Positions 25,511 through 39,504 of a stretch of DNA of 64,000 nucleotides are shown here, one piece after another. The notes below the pieces were generated by a model, which did not search any database, was not told the DNA's origin, and was given only the letters and a program-made list of their open reading frames with translations. The first letter of the stretch is position 1. Every line of letters begins with the position of its first letter. This stretch comes from Octopus vulgaris (taxonomy: Eukaryota), in assembly GCA_951406725.2 (NCBI GenBank), contig OX597818.1, forward strand, positions 45,880,001-45,944,000, in the 5' to 3' direction. The position numbers were made by a program, and so were the translations under genes.

Positions 25511-27864
25511 AACAGACTTCTTTTCAACCCATAAAGTTTTGGTCACATTAGGGCTATAGTAGAAAATGCTTCCTCAAGGTGGACAGTGTAGGACTGAACC
25601 CAAGACCACATGCTTGCAAAGCAAGCTTCTTAACCACACAGCTACACTTGTGCCGATTTGAGTATTTTATCAAGTTGTTTAATTCTGAGCTATAATAACA
25701 ATTTACATAACAAATAATTGTTTCAGTAATTCTAGAATGCTGTTTAAACAAAGGCACCAAAACAGAACTGACATCCAACACAATGGTATACTCTTTTACT
25801 TGTTTCAGTCATTTGACTGCGGCCATGCTGCAGCACCGCCTTTAGTCGAGCAAATCGACCCCGGGACTTATTCTTTGTAAGCCCAGTACTTATTCTATCG
25901 GTCTCTTTTTTGCCGAACCGCTAAGTAACGGGGACGTAAACACACCAGCATCGGTTGTCAAGCAATGCTAGGGGGACAAATACAGACACACAAACACACA
26001 CACACATATATATATATACATATATACGACAGGCTTCTTTCAGTTTCCGTCTACCAAATCCACTCACAAGGCATTGGTCGGCCCGGGGCTATAGCAGAAG
26101 ACACTCGCCCAAGATGCCACGCAGTGGGACTGAACCCGGAACCATGTGGTTGGTTAGCAAGCTACTTACCACACAGCCACTCCTGGTTAAACTGTTAAAG
26201 GTTAAATACAAATTTTATTATCAATTAGTTTTCATATTCTCAGAAATAAGACATATTCTTTATTCTGTATACAATTTGCAGTTTTCTTTCAAAGAAGTCC
26301 CATTCAATGAATATTTCACAGATGTCATTTTTCACTTCAAGTCAAAATACAACTACGAAGTTCTTATTAACAAAGACATTATTAAAAATATTTCTTTTTT
26401 CTTCAAGATTTTCATTGACATCAGTTTCCTCTATTCAACTAAAAGAAACAATTTCATAATCCCACCTGTTTATTTTCCAAAAACTATTCTAGTTATACTT
26501 GTAATCAGTGAGCTCATCTTGAGAACTAAAGTTCATAGGCGCAGGAGTGGCTGTGTGGTAAGTAGCTTGTTTACCAACCACATGGTTCCGGGTTCAGTCC
26601 CACTACGTGGTACCTTGGGCAAGTGTCTTCTACTATAGCCCCGGGCTGACCAAAACCTTGTAAGTGGATTTGGTAGACGGAAACTGAAAGAAGCCCATTG
26701 TATATATGCATATATATGTATGCGTGTGTGTGTTTGTGTGTCTGTGTTTGTCCCCCTAGCATTGCTTGACAACTATGCTGGTGTGTTTACGTCCCCGTTA
26801 CTTAGCAGTTCAGCAAAAGAGACCGACAGAATAAGTACTGGGCTTACAAAAGAATAAATCCCAGGGTCGAGTTGCTCGATTAAAAGCGGTGCTCCAGCAT
26901 GGCCGCAGTCAAATGACTGAAACAAGTAAAAGAAAGAAAAGAAAAGAATGAGACTATGTCAGATGAAAGCAGTGAAAACTGATTTCTTTTAGCTTTCCTT
27001 TCACTTCTTCATCTTCATCATCATTTAACATCTGTTTTTCTATGCTGGTATGAGCTGGGTGGTCTGACAGAAGCTGGCAAGCCAGAGGACTGTGTCATGT
27101 TTTATTTCCGCTTTGGCATGGCCTCTCTGACTGGATGGTCTTCCTTATGCCAACCACTTTACAGAATGTACTGGTACTTTTTACATAGCACCAGCTTTGA
27201 CAGGGTCACCAGGTAACTTGCAACACAAAAACCTCTCAACTAGCAGAAGGAAAAGTACTGAGAGTAGTGAATTTAGAAAGCTTCTAGGGCATTTGAGAAA
27301 AATCAATTTCTGTTTATCTGTAGTCTTTATGGTTCCTATGCAGCTCCCGTACACAAACATTACTTTCTCTGTTAAACTTCTTATGATTCCACTGCACCTC
27401 TTGTGTGTCCATAGCTCATCCTGGGTACACCATATAGAATTCCTTTGTTATATACTGGGCAGGACCAATTGGTGGGAAGTTGTGAAAGAGGAAGCCCCAG
27501 GAAGACATGAGATGAAGTACTGAAGGCTGATCTCAAAACAACAAACCTTTTGAAGGAGACAAGAGAGGAATGAGATATGTTGCGTATTGCTGCACTCAAG
27601 AAGACCTGCTCACCACAACAGAATTGAGATCCTAAAACCAAGGTATCACATAAAAAGGACTAGTATGGGTGCTGGTGCCATGTAGAAACCACTGGTGCTG
27701 GTACAATGTAAAAAGCACCCAGTACACTCTGTGGAGTGGTTGGTATTAAGAAGTGTATCCAGCTGTAGGAAGCAAACCAGAACAGCTCCTGGCCTTGCTA
27801 GTTCTTGTCAAGCCATCCAACCCATGCCAGACATTAAATATTGATGATGATGATGATGATGATG

Positions 27865-28380
27865 AGTAGTCTTGTCTATTTTCTTGCTTGCTAGAACTTT
27901 GACCTTCGCTATGTTAACTTTAAGGCCCTTTCATTCTAGGTCTTACTCCGATATATGGAATTTCTTTTCCAACTCTGTTACAGATTCTGCTATGAGAGCA
28001 CAATCATCAGCTAATAGTATTTTCCAAGAGAAGCTGGTTTTAAATTCCTTTGTTATGGCCTGGCAGATGATGATGAATAGGAGGGGACTGAGAACTGAGC
28101 CCCGGAGTTGCCTACCTGTACATTATATTCATCAGTGTACTCTTATCTCACAGATAGCACTCTTGTACATGGCTTGTACAACTTTCACAAACCATTCATC
28201 AATCCTTAGTTTCCTGAAAGACCACCATATCACAGACTGAGATACTCTGTTGAAGACTTTCTCCAGGTCAATGAATGCTATGTACAATGGTTTATCATTA
28301 ACTGTATACTTCTGCAACTGTCTGACTAAAAAGATAGTGTCAGAAGTACTTGGCACAATGTCAAACTGCATTTCCTCTCA
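27865..28380 (-). pseudogene. RTE LINE reverse transcriptase fragment
   Basis: MQF...STSDTIFLVRQLQK...LYIAFIDLEKVFNRV, then GSVLSPLLF and LLADD in an adjacent frame. Confidence 0.85.
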
Positions 28381-31300
28381 TCTAATTTTGTTCCTAATTA
28401 ATTGGGTTGAGAGAAAAGTTAGGCATAAGAAGAATCAAATGTAGCATGCAAAAGAAGAAAACTGCATTGATTTGGTCATGTGAAGTGTATGGAGGGTGAC
28501 AGCAGCATAAAGAAGTGTTGATTGCTTCAAATGGATGGAACTCATGGAAAAGGTAGATCTAGAAAGACATAGGGCAAACTACTGAAGGTTGATCTCAAGA
28601 TGTTAAACCTTACGGAGGAGATGGCAAAGGACTGAGCAGACTGGCATCTTGCTGTACTTGAGAAGATCCACCCATTACAGTGGTGATGGTGGTGATGTTA
28701 TTACTTCCTTTACTATTGTAGCAGTATTATAGTCCTGAATAATCTGATTAACTATACAGATGACTAGGCTGTATCCTACTCTTCAGATATCTTAAACATC
28801 TCAATGGTAATTCCCAATGGACCAAGGACTTTCCCTGTCTTATTTATCATACTGCCTTATCGATCAGTTTACCTTAATGCATGCATGCATACATTAAGGT
28901 AAACTGATCGATAAGGTGGTCCCAAGTTCTCTGGAATACTTTTGATTCCAGGTCTGCTCAGTTGAGTATGACTTGGGCCTATATAATAACAAGAGTAACT
29001 GGGGAAGAGAGGAAATACAGAGTTGTAATGTAATGGAAATTTGATGCATACTATGAATTCAATCAATAGACGAAAGAATGCACTGAAGATAAAAAAGAAA
29101 TACCTAAAAACATACCCAGATTTACTTTCCCAAGAAAAAGACTGAAAAAAAAAATGTTTCACAAGATTTGAGTCACAAATATGAGAGATTTTTAATATCA
29201 AAGTGACACTTAGGCTGAGAGTGATACTAAACCCTGGGAGAAACAAAGTAATAGCCAATCCCTTCCACAATAAAATAAGAATGAGGTTAGAATAAGACCA
29301 ACATCAATTCAACTATACACAATAAGAATTACACCTGATAAGCCATAATCACACCAAAAAACAACATGCATACACATAGATTCTTTGGCTAACAACAATA
29401 AAAGTAAGCAAATGAAAATAATCAAGTAAAAAATGAAGACAAGTAAACAACAATCACATGACAACACACACATATATAAACATTTGAAAATATATCATAA
29501 GAAAGAGACATAAATAGTCAACAATCGGTGTGTGTGTTTGTCTGAGACAGAGAGAGAGAGAGAGAGTGTGAGAGAGCGATTTGACTTTATTGGCAAAAAC
29601 TCTGTCCCAAAATAATAAATATGTTACAATACATTGGTGCATATCATCATCATCGTTTAACGTCCGCTTTCCATGCTAGCACGTGTTGGACGATTTGACT
29701 GAGGACTGGTGAACCCGATGGCTGCACCAGGCTCCAATCTTGATCTGGCAGAGTTTCTACAGCTGGATGCCCTTCCTAACGCCAACCACTCCAAGAGTGT
29801 AGTGGGTGCTTTTACGTGCCACCGGCATGAGGGCCAGTCAGGCGGTACTGGCAACAAAAATCGTTTTTTTTTTTTAGGTGTCACCTGCACACCAGCACAT
29901 GTACCAGTAGGTTCTTATAAAACATCTTGCAAATCAAATACAAAATATAGATGTGTGTATGTGTGTGTGTGTCTTCATGTGTACGTGTACATATGTTTAT
30001 ACATAGATACATGTTGGCTGTCAACTCATATATGAAGATGACCATCACTGAAAAATTATCGTATCCTAGATGTTAAAAGCAATGGCTGTCAGCAATGCTT
30101 GTACTGAAATTTGAAGTCAAACAACGCTACTAAGAGTCTCCCCTTTCAAATTAAACAGTCTAGAAACAAGCCAGAGCAAGATTTCTAGTTTCATAATGAA
30201 GGGGGTGCTATTTAGGAATTTCTTTCTCCTAGAGAAATGTCTAAACAAAGACAGTTCATTTGTCCTTTGGCAGGTTTTGTCGTTCATCCTGCAGTGTCCA
30301 ATGAAAACCAGCCTCCTTACTACGGAGGCTTGGTGGGGGCTGCCAGTTTACTTGCCGATGGTCCGACCTTGCAACAGGTTGTACTGGGTTACAGGTTATC
30401 AGCAGCACTAAGAATGATCAGACAGATAAACAGGTACACACACACACACACACACACAGAAGACATTTCAAAAAATTCTCCATCTGTGATTCTTATGTGT
30501 TTCTGCAGAGTGGTTGGTATTAAGAAGGGCATCCAGCCATAAAAACCCTGCTAAAACAGAGTAGCATAAGGTAGTTTTTCTACCTGGCCAGCTCTTGTGA
30601 ACCATCCTACCCATACATTCAAGAAATTGGAAAAGGCCACTTGGAAGGCCTGCATGATGATGGATGTTAAACAATGATGATGATGATGATATCAGAATGG
30701 AGCCTGGTACAGCTCTCTGGCTTACCAGACCCAGTCAAACTGTCTAATCCATGTTAGCATGGAAAACAGATGCTAAATGATGAAAGATGATGATTTGGAT
30801 GAATGAATTGACAGTTCAACCAACACAACCAACTCAACCACACATTTACAAATATCAGGAACTCTCTTAGCTCAAAAGAGCTTGTCACTTTATTAGTGAT
30901 CAGCTTGAACTCTCTCAGGAAGAACTCCATAAAGCTTGAAGGAAACACTCACACACACATATAGAACAGGCTTCTTTCAGTTTCCTATTTCTTTATTTTC
31001 CACAAGGGGCTAAACATAGAGGGGACAAACGACAGACAGATGGATTAAGTCGATTACATCGACCCCCAGTACGCAACTGGTACTTAATTTATCGACCCCG
31101 AAAGGATGAAAGGCAAAGTCAACCTCAGCAGAATTTGAACTCAGAATGTAGCAGCAGTAGAAATAACACTAAGCATTTCGCCTGGCATGCTAATGTTTCT
31201 GCCAGCTCGCCGGCTTCTTTCAGTTTCCATCTACCAAATGCACTCACAAAAATGGGTCAGCCCAGTTCTGTGGCAGACACTTGCCCAAAGTGCAACACAG

Positions 31301-31454
31301 AACTGAACCCACAACCATGTAATTGGGAAACACACTTCTTAGCATATAACCATGCCTGTATGTAACCATAACTACATAGACAGACAGACAGATAGGTAAA
31401 AGAAGCCATAAATCAGAAAAATATGCACTTGTATATTTGTCAATACAATGAGTA

Positions 31455-31664
31455 TATTAATCAAAGTGTTTCACCCTGGGTATTGAACCAAATGTTAAGT
31501 AATATTATTTGCCATGCATGGGTTGGCATGCAAACAAAAACTATGCCATGTCTCATATGTCTATGCAATGATCATGTGGTATTACTCATTCGTGCTGTTA
31601 TATAAAGCATGTTATATAATGTGATACTACTTATCTGTGCTGTTATATAACACTTTGATTAATA
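31455..31664. mobile_element. MITE-like element with 16-bp terminal inverted repeats
   Basis: TATTAATCAAAGTGTT...AACACTTTGATTAATA; an inverted, partly truncated second copy lies at about 32903-33100. Confidence 0.55.
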
Positions 31665-32244
31665 TATATATTTTTTTTTTTTACTTGTTTCAGTCATTTT
31701 GACTGTGGCCATGCTGGTGCACCGCCTTTCATCGAGCAACTCAACCCCGGGACTTATTCTTTGTAAGCCCAGTACTTATTCTATCGGTCTCTTTTGCCGA
31801 ACCGCTAAGTGACGGGGACATAAATACACCAGCATCGGTTGTCAAGCGATGTTGGGGGGACAAACACACACACGCATATATTTTTTTCTCTCCTTGTTTC
31901 TTTCTATGTTTCTTTTCTGTGTATCTTTCTGTTGAAGAGCGTAGGCTCGAAACATAAAAGACTTGTTTTATTTATATTCCTGAGCGCCATACTATTTCAA
32001 TTGTTTGTTTGTATTCCACCTGCCTTCGTCTTTTGTCTATTTTCATAAAGCTTCCCGTTATATATATATATATATACATATATACGACGGGCTTCTTTCA
32101 GTTTCCGTCTACTAAATCCACTCACAAGGCTTTGGTCGGCCCGAGGCTATAGTAGAAGACACTTGCCCAAGGTGCCACGCAGTGGGACTGAACCCTGAAC
32201 CATGTGGCTGGTAAACAAGCTACTTACCACACAGCCACTCCTGC

Positions 32245-32396
<152 letters not shown>

Positions 32397-32402
32397 CACA
32401 CA

Positions 32403-32896
32403 CACCATCCGAGCGTGGCCGTCTGCCAGCCTCGTCTGGCACCTGTGTCGGTGGCACATAAAAAACACCATCCGAGCGTGGCCGTCTGTCAGCCTCGTCT
32501 GGCACCTGTGTCGGTGGCACATAAAAAACACCATCCGAGCGTGGCCGTCTGCCAGCCTCGTCTGGCACCTGTGTCGGTGGCACATAAAAAACACCATCCG
32601 AGCGTGGCCGTCTGTCAGCCTCGTCTGGCACCTGTGTCGGTGGCACATAAAAAACACCATCCGAGCGTGGCCGTCTGCCAGCCTCGTCTGGCACCTGTGT
32701 CGGTGGAACATAAAATCACCCACTACACTCTTGGAGTGGTTGGCGTTAGGAAGGGCATCCAGCTGTAGAAACACTGCCAGATCTGACTGGCCTGGTGCAG
32801 CCTTCGGGCTTGCCAGACCCCAGTTGAACCGTCCAACCCATGCTAGCATGGAAAGCGGACGTTAAACAATGATGATGATGATGATGATGATGATGA
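32403..32896 (+). mobile_element. RTE 3' UTR with five 63-bp tandem repeats
   Basis: Unit CACCATCCGAGCGTGGCCGTCTG...GGCACATAAAAAA with period 63, followed by the common RTE tail and (GAT)n. Confidence 0.85.
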
Positions 32897-33311
32897 TATA
32901 TATATTAATCAAAGTGTTATATAACAGCACAGATAAGTAGTACCACATTATATAACATGCTTTTATGTAACAGCACAGAGGAGTAATACCACATGATCAT
33001 TGCACAGACATATGAGAAACATGGCATAGTTTTTGTTTGCATGCCAACCCATGCATGGCAAATAATATTACTTAACATTTGGTTCAATACCCAGTGTGAA
33101 ATATATATACACACTATTTAAAAATAGGATAAAATCTTTATAAGACTTTATCAAGTAGTCAGCATGAAAAACCTCATAAGGGAAAAAATTATTAATTATT
33201 CCCTTTAAATATATTTATTCATATTAAGGCTTCCCAGATCCCCGGTCGAACCGTCCAACCCATGCTAGCATGGAGAACGGACGTTAAACGATGATGATGA
33301 TGATGATTAAG

Positions 33312-33361
<50 letters not shown>

Positions 33362-33370
33362 GACACACAT

Positions 33371-33401
<31 letters not shown>

Positions 33402-34335
33402 CATATTTATATACATATATATATACACACACACATACACACGCATTTATATATACATATACACACACACACACATATATATATATAGTACAAAGTAAAA
33501 TAGGGGTTATGGGTGTAACCCACTATGGGATATCATTTATCTAATATACTGTTGCTAAAGTACCCAAATTCTTAATACATAAATGTTTTTAATTGCAATG
33601 CAATTAAGTCATTTAATGCATTAAACGGGTGAAGGTAAAGAAATATTTTTACCGTAAATTTATAATACAAATAAGAAAATGGGGAAACAAATTTAGTTTG
33701 TTCATCAACTTACGGATATTATAATGTTGGATTATTTGAATAAATTGAATTTGTTTCTCCATTTTCTTATTTGTATTATATATACATATATACATATATA
33801 TATATATATTTTATATTATATTGAGGGTACTACTATTCGTAGATACCAACACGCTAAGAGGGACCAATGCGGTCAAAACTACTAAAAATAAACAAAATGT
33901 AACTGAATTCTTTTTTAAAATGATGTGTTTTGAAGTTTTGCATTCGGTAAAATTTTGTTTATTTTTAGTAGTTTTGACCGCATTGGTCCCTCTTAGCGTG
34001 TTGGTATCTACGAATAGTAGTACCCTCAATATAATATAAATGAATATTTTCAAAGAGGAAGAATTTACGGATTTTTTCTCTTACGAGGTTTTTCACGCTG
34101 ACTACTGATAATTTCTTTTAAAGATTTTATCCTCAATTGTTAATATATATATATATATATATATATAATACAAAATGAGAAAATGGAGAAATATACCTAA
34201 ATCAATCATCAACCATCAGATAATACCCAATCAGTACTTTATTAAACCATTACACAACAGCAGTTATATTATACATAATATATTACAAATATAACAAGAC
34301 ATAGAAATAGAAATAGAAAATACATTTATATTGTA

Positions 34336-34446
34336 TCTGACAGCTGTTTCGGCCATGAAGACAGGTATGTCCCATTTAACCTATTAGCTATATAAAGCAG
34401 GTATAAATGAGACATTAACAAGAATGTCTCTCGGCCTCTTCAGAGA
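34336..34446 (-). ncRNA. Type I hammerhead ribozyme fold (minus strand) in a (TA)n-flanked Penelope-like element
   Basis: TCT-CTGAAGA-GGCC...(86 nt in total)...GGCC-GAAA-C-AGCT-GTC-AGA. All core nucleotides canonical, palindromic helix III loop, GUC site; helix I is only 3 bp proximally. Confidence 0.7.
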
Positions 34447-34637
34447 ATTTAATGTAAGTATGAAAAAAATTTACATATAAATATAAATATGTGTGCATAG
34501 ACACTCATATTTCTACACATATATATATACACAATAATACAATATAAACAATACAAGTCAATATACATTAACAAACACAATAATGTTCCATATTGAACTC
34601 ATAGTTCTATAACCAACATCAAGGAAATACATGTACA

Positions 34638-34735
<98 letters not shown>

Positions 34736-34812
34736 ATATATATATATATGTATATATATGTATATATATATGTATATATATAATATATGTATATATATAT
34801 GTATATATATAA

Positions 34813-34895
<83 letters not shown>

Positions 34896-35463
34896 TCACA
34901 TACGGCATACAAACCTTAACTTGTTTCTCAAGTAAGGTAAGTTGTTCTTCGTATGATGAACCACACCTAAGCATTGAGAGTCTAATGAATAAAAAACAAG
35001 TATATGATTATATAAAAAGCACACAAACTAAAACAATCATAAAAATTAGGCACACCTAGATTGGGTTGGAGCACCTCACAACTATAATCTCCTTCTTTTC
35101 TGTCATACATTCAATTTTATCCTGAAAGAGCCTGTGAGCAGTTCAGGTGTCCTCACAAGAAAGGAAAGGGTTGATGTTGGTCAGTGAATTCGTGTGTTGA
35201 AGCATATTCTGTTGTGTCTGGGGAGTGTCATTCTCTTTCAGTGCCCTACAACTTAACACACTCACCGATAAAATTTCCACTTATTTCTTTTCCACTTTTC
35301 CAAAATTTTTGTTGTGTCTTGCAACTTTTTCAACAGTTTTGACTATTGAAAATGATGCAAGATGCAACAAAAATGTTAGAAAAACACAAAAGAAATAAGT
35401 GGAAATTCTATCGGTGAGTGTGTCAAACTACAAAGCACCAAAAGAGAATGACTCTCCCCAGCA

Positions 35464-35496
<33 letters not shown>

Positions 35497-35500
<4 letters not shown>

Positions 35501-35933
35501 TATTAAATTAGAGACAAAACCACTATTATGCAAAACAAGCAATGAAAGACTTAAGCCAATACATAAATTAATTTATATTATTTAGATATGTAACAATTAT
35601 TAAAAATATAATTAATATCCACAATTTTCTTGGCGAGTTTTAAACAACTCGCCAAGAAAATTTTGAAACCACCTGATGAATGTCTGCTACTCAAAAATTT
35701 GATGACAGAAGACAGGAAACGATCGTAGTGGATATTAATTATATTTTTAATAATTGTTACATATCTAAATAATATAAATTAATTTATGTATTGGCTTAAG
35801 TCTTTCATTGCTTGTTTGGCATAATAGTGGTTTTGTCTCTAATTTAATATAATATAATATTTTACTATAAAATTGGATTCAATCCTAAATCTGATTTTTC
35901 CATGTAAGTTTGGATTTATTCCCTAATATTTAT

Positions 35934-35935
<2 letters not shown>
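35497..35935 (+). mobile_element. Penelope-like terminal-repeat derivative: ~120-bp inverted repeat + degenerate hammerhead + 3' tail, in (TA)n
   Basis: About 35500-35621 is the reverse complement of 35728-35850. The spacer holds CCAC-CTGATGA-ATGTCT...AGACAG-GAAA-C-GATC-GTA-GTGG (35669-35731). The same tail occurs at 8780-8960 and 38100-38355. Confidence 0.65.
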
Positions 35936-35985
<50 letters not shown>

Positions 35986-36522
35986 TCATCATCATCATCA
36001 TCGTTTAGCGTCCGTTTTCCATGCTAGCATGGGTTGGACGGTTCTACTGGGGTCTGTGAAGCCAGAAAGCTTCATCAGGCCTAGTCAAATCTGGCAGTGT
36101 TTCTACGGCTGGATGCCCTTCCTAACGCCAACCACTCCGTGAGTGTAGTGGGTGCTTTTTACGTGCCACCCGCACAGGTGCCAGACAGAGCTGGCAAACG
36201 GCCACGAACGGATGGTGCTTTTTATGTGCCACCGGCACGAGGGCCAGGCGAGGCTGGCAACGGACACAAAACGGGGCGGTGCTGGCAACGGTCGCGAAAC
36301 GGAAGGTTCTCTTACATGCCACCGGCACTGGTAACACATCTGCAATTTCCATTGATCGATTTCGATTCTGATCCTCACTTGCCTCAACAGGTCTTCACAA
36401 GTAGAGTTTTGTGTCCCAAGAAGGGAAGGTATGCATACGTAGGCTGGCTCCATCCCATGTAGAAGGCCACGGGCTATGGACTCACGGGTTATGGACTCAC
36501 GGGTTATGGACTCACGGGTTAT

Positions 36523-36568
<46 letters not shown>

Positions 36569-37205
36569 TCGTTTAACGTCCATTCTCCATGCTAGCATGT
36601 TTAAATATAGTATTTCATATACATGGAAAATTACTGTGATGAACAACTTCCCTCTGACACACTCCACACTGTGAAATCCCATTTGTTTGCATGTTTAGGC
36701 ACAGGCACCAATATCATCATCATCATCATCATCATCATCATCGTTTAACGTCCGTTCTCCACGCTAGCACGGGTTGGACGGTTCGATTGGGGTCTGGGAA
36801 GCCAGGGGCTGCACCAGGCTCCGGTCTGATCTGGCAGTGTTCCTACAGCTGGATGCCCTTCCTAACGCCAACCACTCCGCGAGTGTAGTGGGTGCTTTTT
36901 ACGTGCCAGGAGAGTCTGGCATCAGCCACGATCAGTTGTTGCTTTTAACGTGCCACCGGCACGGAAGCCAGCCAAGGCGGTGCTGGCATCAGTCACGTTC
37001 GGATGGTGCTTTTTATGTGCCACCGGCACAGAAGCCAGGCAAGGCGGTGCTGGCATCGGCCATGTACAGATGAGAAAGTTGCTTTCTAACCACATGGTCT
37101 CAGGTTCATGGGAACTTAGGCAGGTGTCTTATAGTAAAGCCCTGAAGTGATCAAAGCCTTGTTAGTGAATTTGATAGATGGAAACTGAAAGCACTTCCTC
37201 TCTCT

Positions 37206-37244
<39 letters not shown>

Positions 37245-37518
37245 TGGATGTGAATGAATGTATGTTTGTGTCACTTTTCCGTCGACGTTGCATATCATCC
37301 TTTTCTAATATTCAGCAAAACCATGCCTAGCTAACGAGAAATATCACCTTGCTTGGAAACAGGTAAGGTTCTGGTGACAGGAAAGACACCCAGCCATACA
37401 AAGTCTGCCTCAATGAACTGCCATCTGACCCATGCAAGCATGAAAAAGTGGACGTTAAAATGATGATAATGACAGTGATTAAGATCTGCATCTCCTGTTT
37501 TCCATGTGTGTGTGTGTG

Positions 37519-37585
<67 letters not shown>

Positions 37586-37621
37586 GTGCATATATATATA
37601 TATATATATGCATATATACAG

Positions 37622-37652
<31 letters not shown>

Positions 37653-37792
37653 TGTATATATATATATGTATGTATATATATATATATATATGTATATATA
37701 TGTATATATATATGTATATGTATATATATGTATATATATATGTATATATACATATATGTATATATATATGTATATATATATATATATGTATG

Positions 37793-37823
<31 letters not shown>

Positions 37824-38060
37824 GTGTGTATGTATATATATATATACATAAAATCACCCACTACACTCTCGGAGTGGTTGGCGTTAGGAAGGGCATCCAG
37901 CTGTAGAAACACTGCCAGATCTGCCTGGCCTGGTGCAGCCTTCGAGCTTGCCAGACCCCAGTTGAACCGTCCAACCCATGCTAGCATGGAAAGCGGACGT
38001 TAAACGATGATGATGATGATGATATATATATATATATGTATATATATATATGTGTGTGTG

Positions 38061-38101
<41 letters not shown>

Positions 38102-38435
38102 AATATTAATTAGAGACAAAACCACTATTATGCAAATCAAACAAAGAAAGACTTAATCCAATACATAAAAAATTTTATATAAATTAAATATAATTTAAAA
38201 TTTTTTATGTATTGGATTAAGTCTTTCTTTGTTTGATTTGCATAATAGTGGTTTTGTCTCTAATTAATAATATATTATATTTTACTATAAAATTGGATTC
38301 AATCATAAATCTGATTTTTCCCTGTAAATTTGGATTTATTCCCTAATATTTATTATTATATATATATGTATATATATATCACTCATCTATATATAGATAT
38401 AGATATGTATATATGTATATATAGAGAGAGATACG

Positions 38436-38504
<69 letters not shown>

Positions 38505-38599
38505 ATATATATAAAATATGAATTAGAGATAAAACCACTATTAGGCAATTCAAACAGTGACAGACATAAACCAATACATATACTCCCTAATATTATTAT

Positions 38600-38639
<40 letters not shown>

Positions 38640-39061
38640 CGGAGTAAACACATAAATGTGAAACAAGGTGGAAAAAAGAGTATATATATATATATATTCT
38701 TTTACATGTTTCAGTCATTTGATTGTGGCCATACTGGAGCATCACCTTGAAAGGTTTCAGTTGACTAAATTGACCCTGGGACCTACTCTTTAAGCTTATT
38801 ACTTATTCTGTTGGTCTTTTTGCTGAGCTGCTAAGTCAGAGAATGGAAACACAATCACTGGTCGTCAACCAGTGATATGGGGACAAACACCAACACACAT
38901 ACACACATACATATGTGTGTGTGTGTACAACAGGCTTCTTTCAGTTTACATCCACCAAATCCATTCACAAGGCTTTGGTTAGCCTGAGGCTACAGCAGAA
39001 AACACTAACCCATGGTGCCATGCAACAGGACTGCACACAGAACCATGTGGTTAGGAAGCAA

Positions 39062-39370
39062 GTAATTTCCATAATTTTGTAGTGATTCTTGATACATAGT
39101 CTTTTTAACATATCCCATTACCAGATTTGCAAGAACCGGGGCTACTTTCATCCTCATTGAAGTTCTAGATATTTGTAAGAAGTAGTTGACATCAAACATG
39201 AAATAACTATTTTGGAGGATAAATTTTAATCTTTCAATAATATATTTTATACATCCTGGTAATTATTCTGAATAGCTTCCCAAGCAGAATTTTGTTGCCT
39301 CTATTCTATAGTTTTGAGGGGTATTGGTGTATAAGTTCACCACCTCAAAGACAACCATTGATTGCTTTTT
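39062..39370 (-). pseudogene. Penelope-like element reverse transcriptase fragment
   Basis: VFEVVNLYTNTP (cf. SFDVxxLYTNIP) and YFLQISRTSMRMKVAPVLANLVMGY (cf. YxQxxGTAMGxxxAPxYANLxM), both PLE RT motifs. Confidence 0.75.
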
Positions 39371-39504
39371 GGAGGTGGTTCAATATATCTAAATTGCATT
39401 TTAATGTTTATGACTCATTATTTCTAGGATTATGGTAAATATATTTATATGGTAATACTTTCAACTCACACACATACACGCATATGTGTGTGTGTATTCT
39501 CTTG

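Noticed and set aside
32403-32710. Regular repeats superficially like a CRISPR array
   Set aside because: Units are contiguous with no unique spacers, there are no cas genes, and they lie in a eukaryotic LINE 3' UTR.
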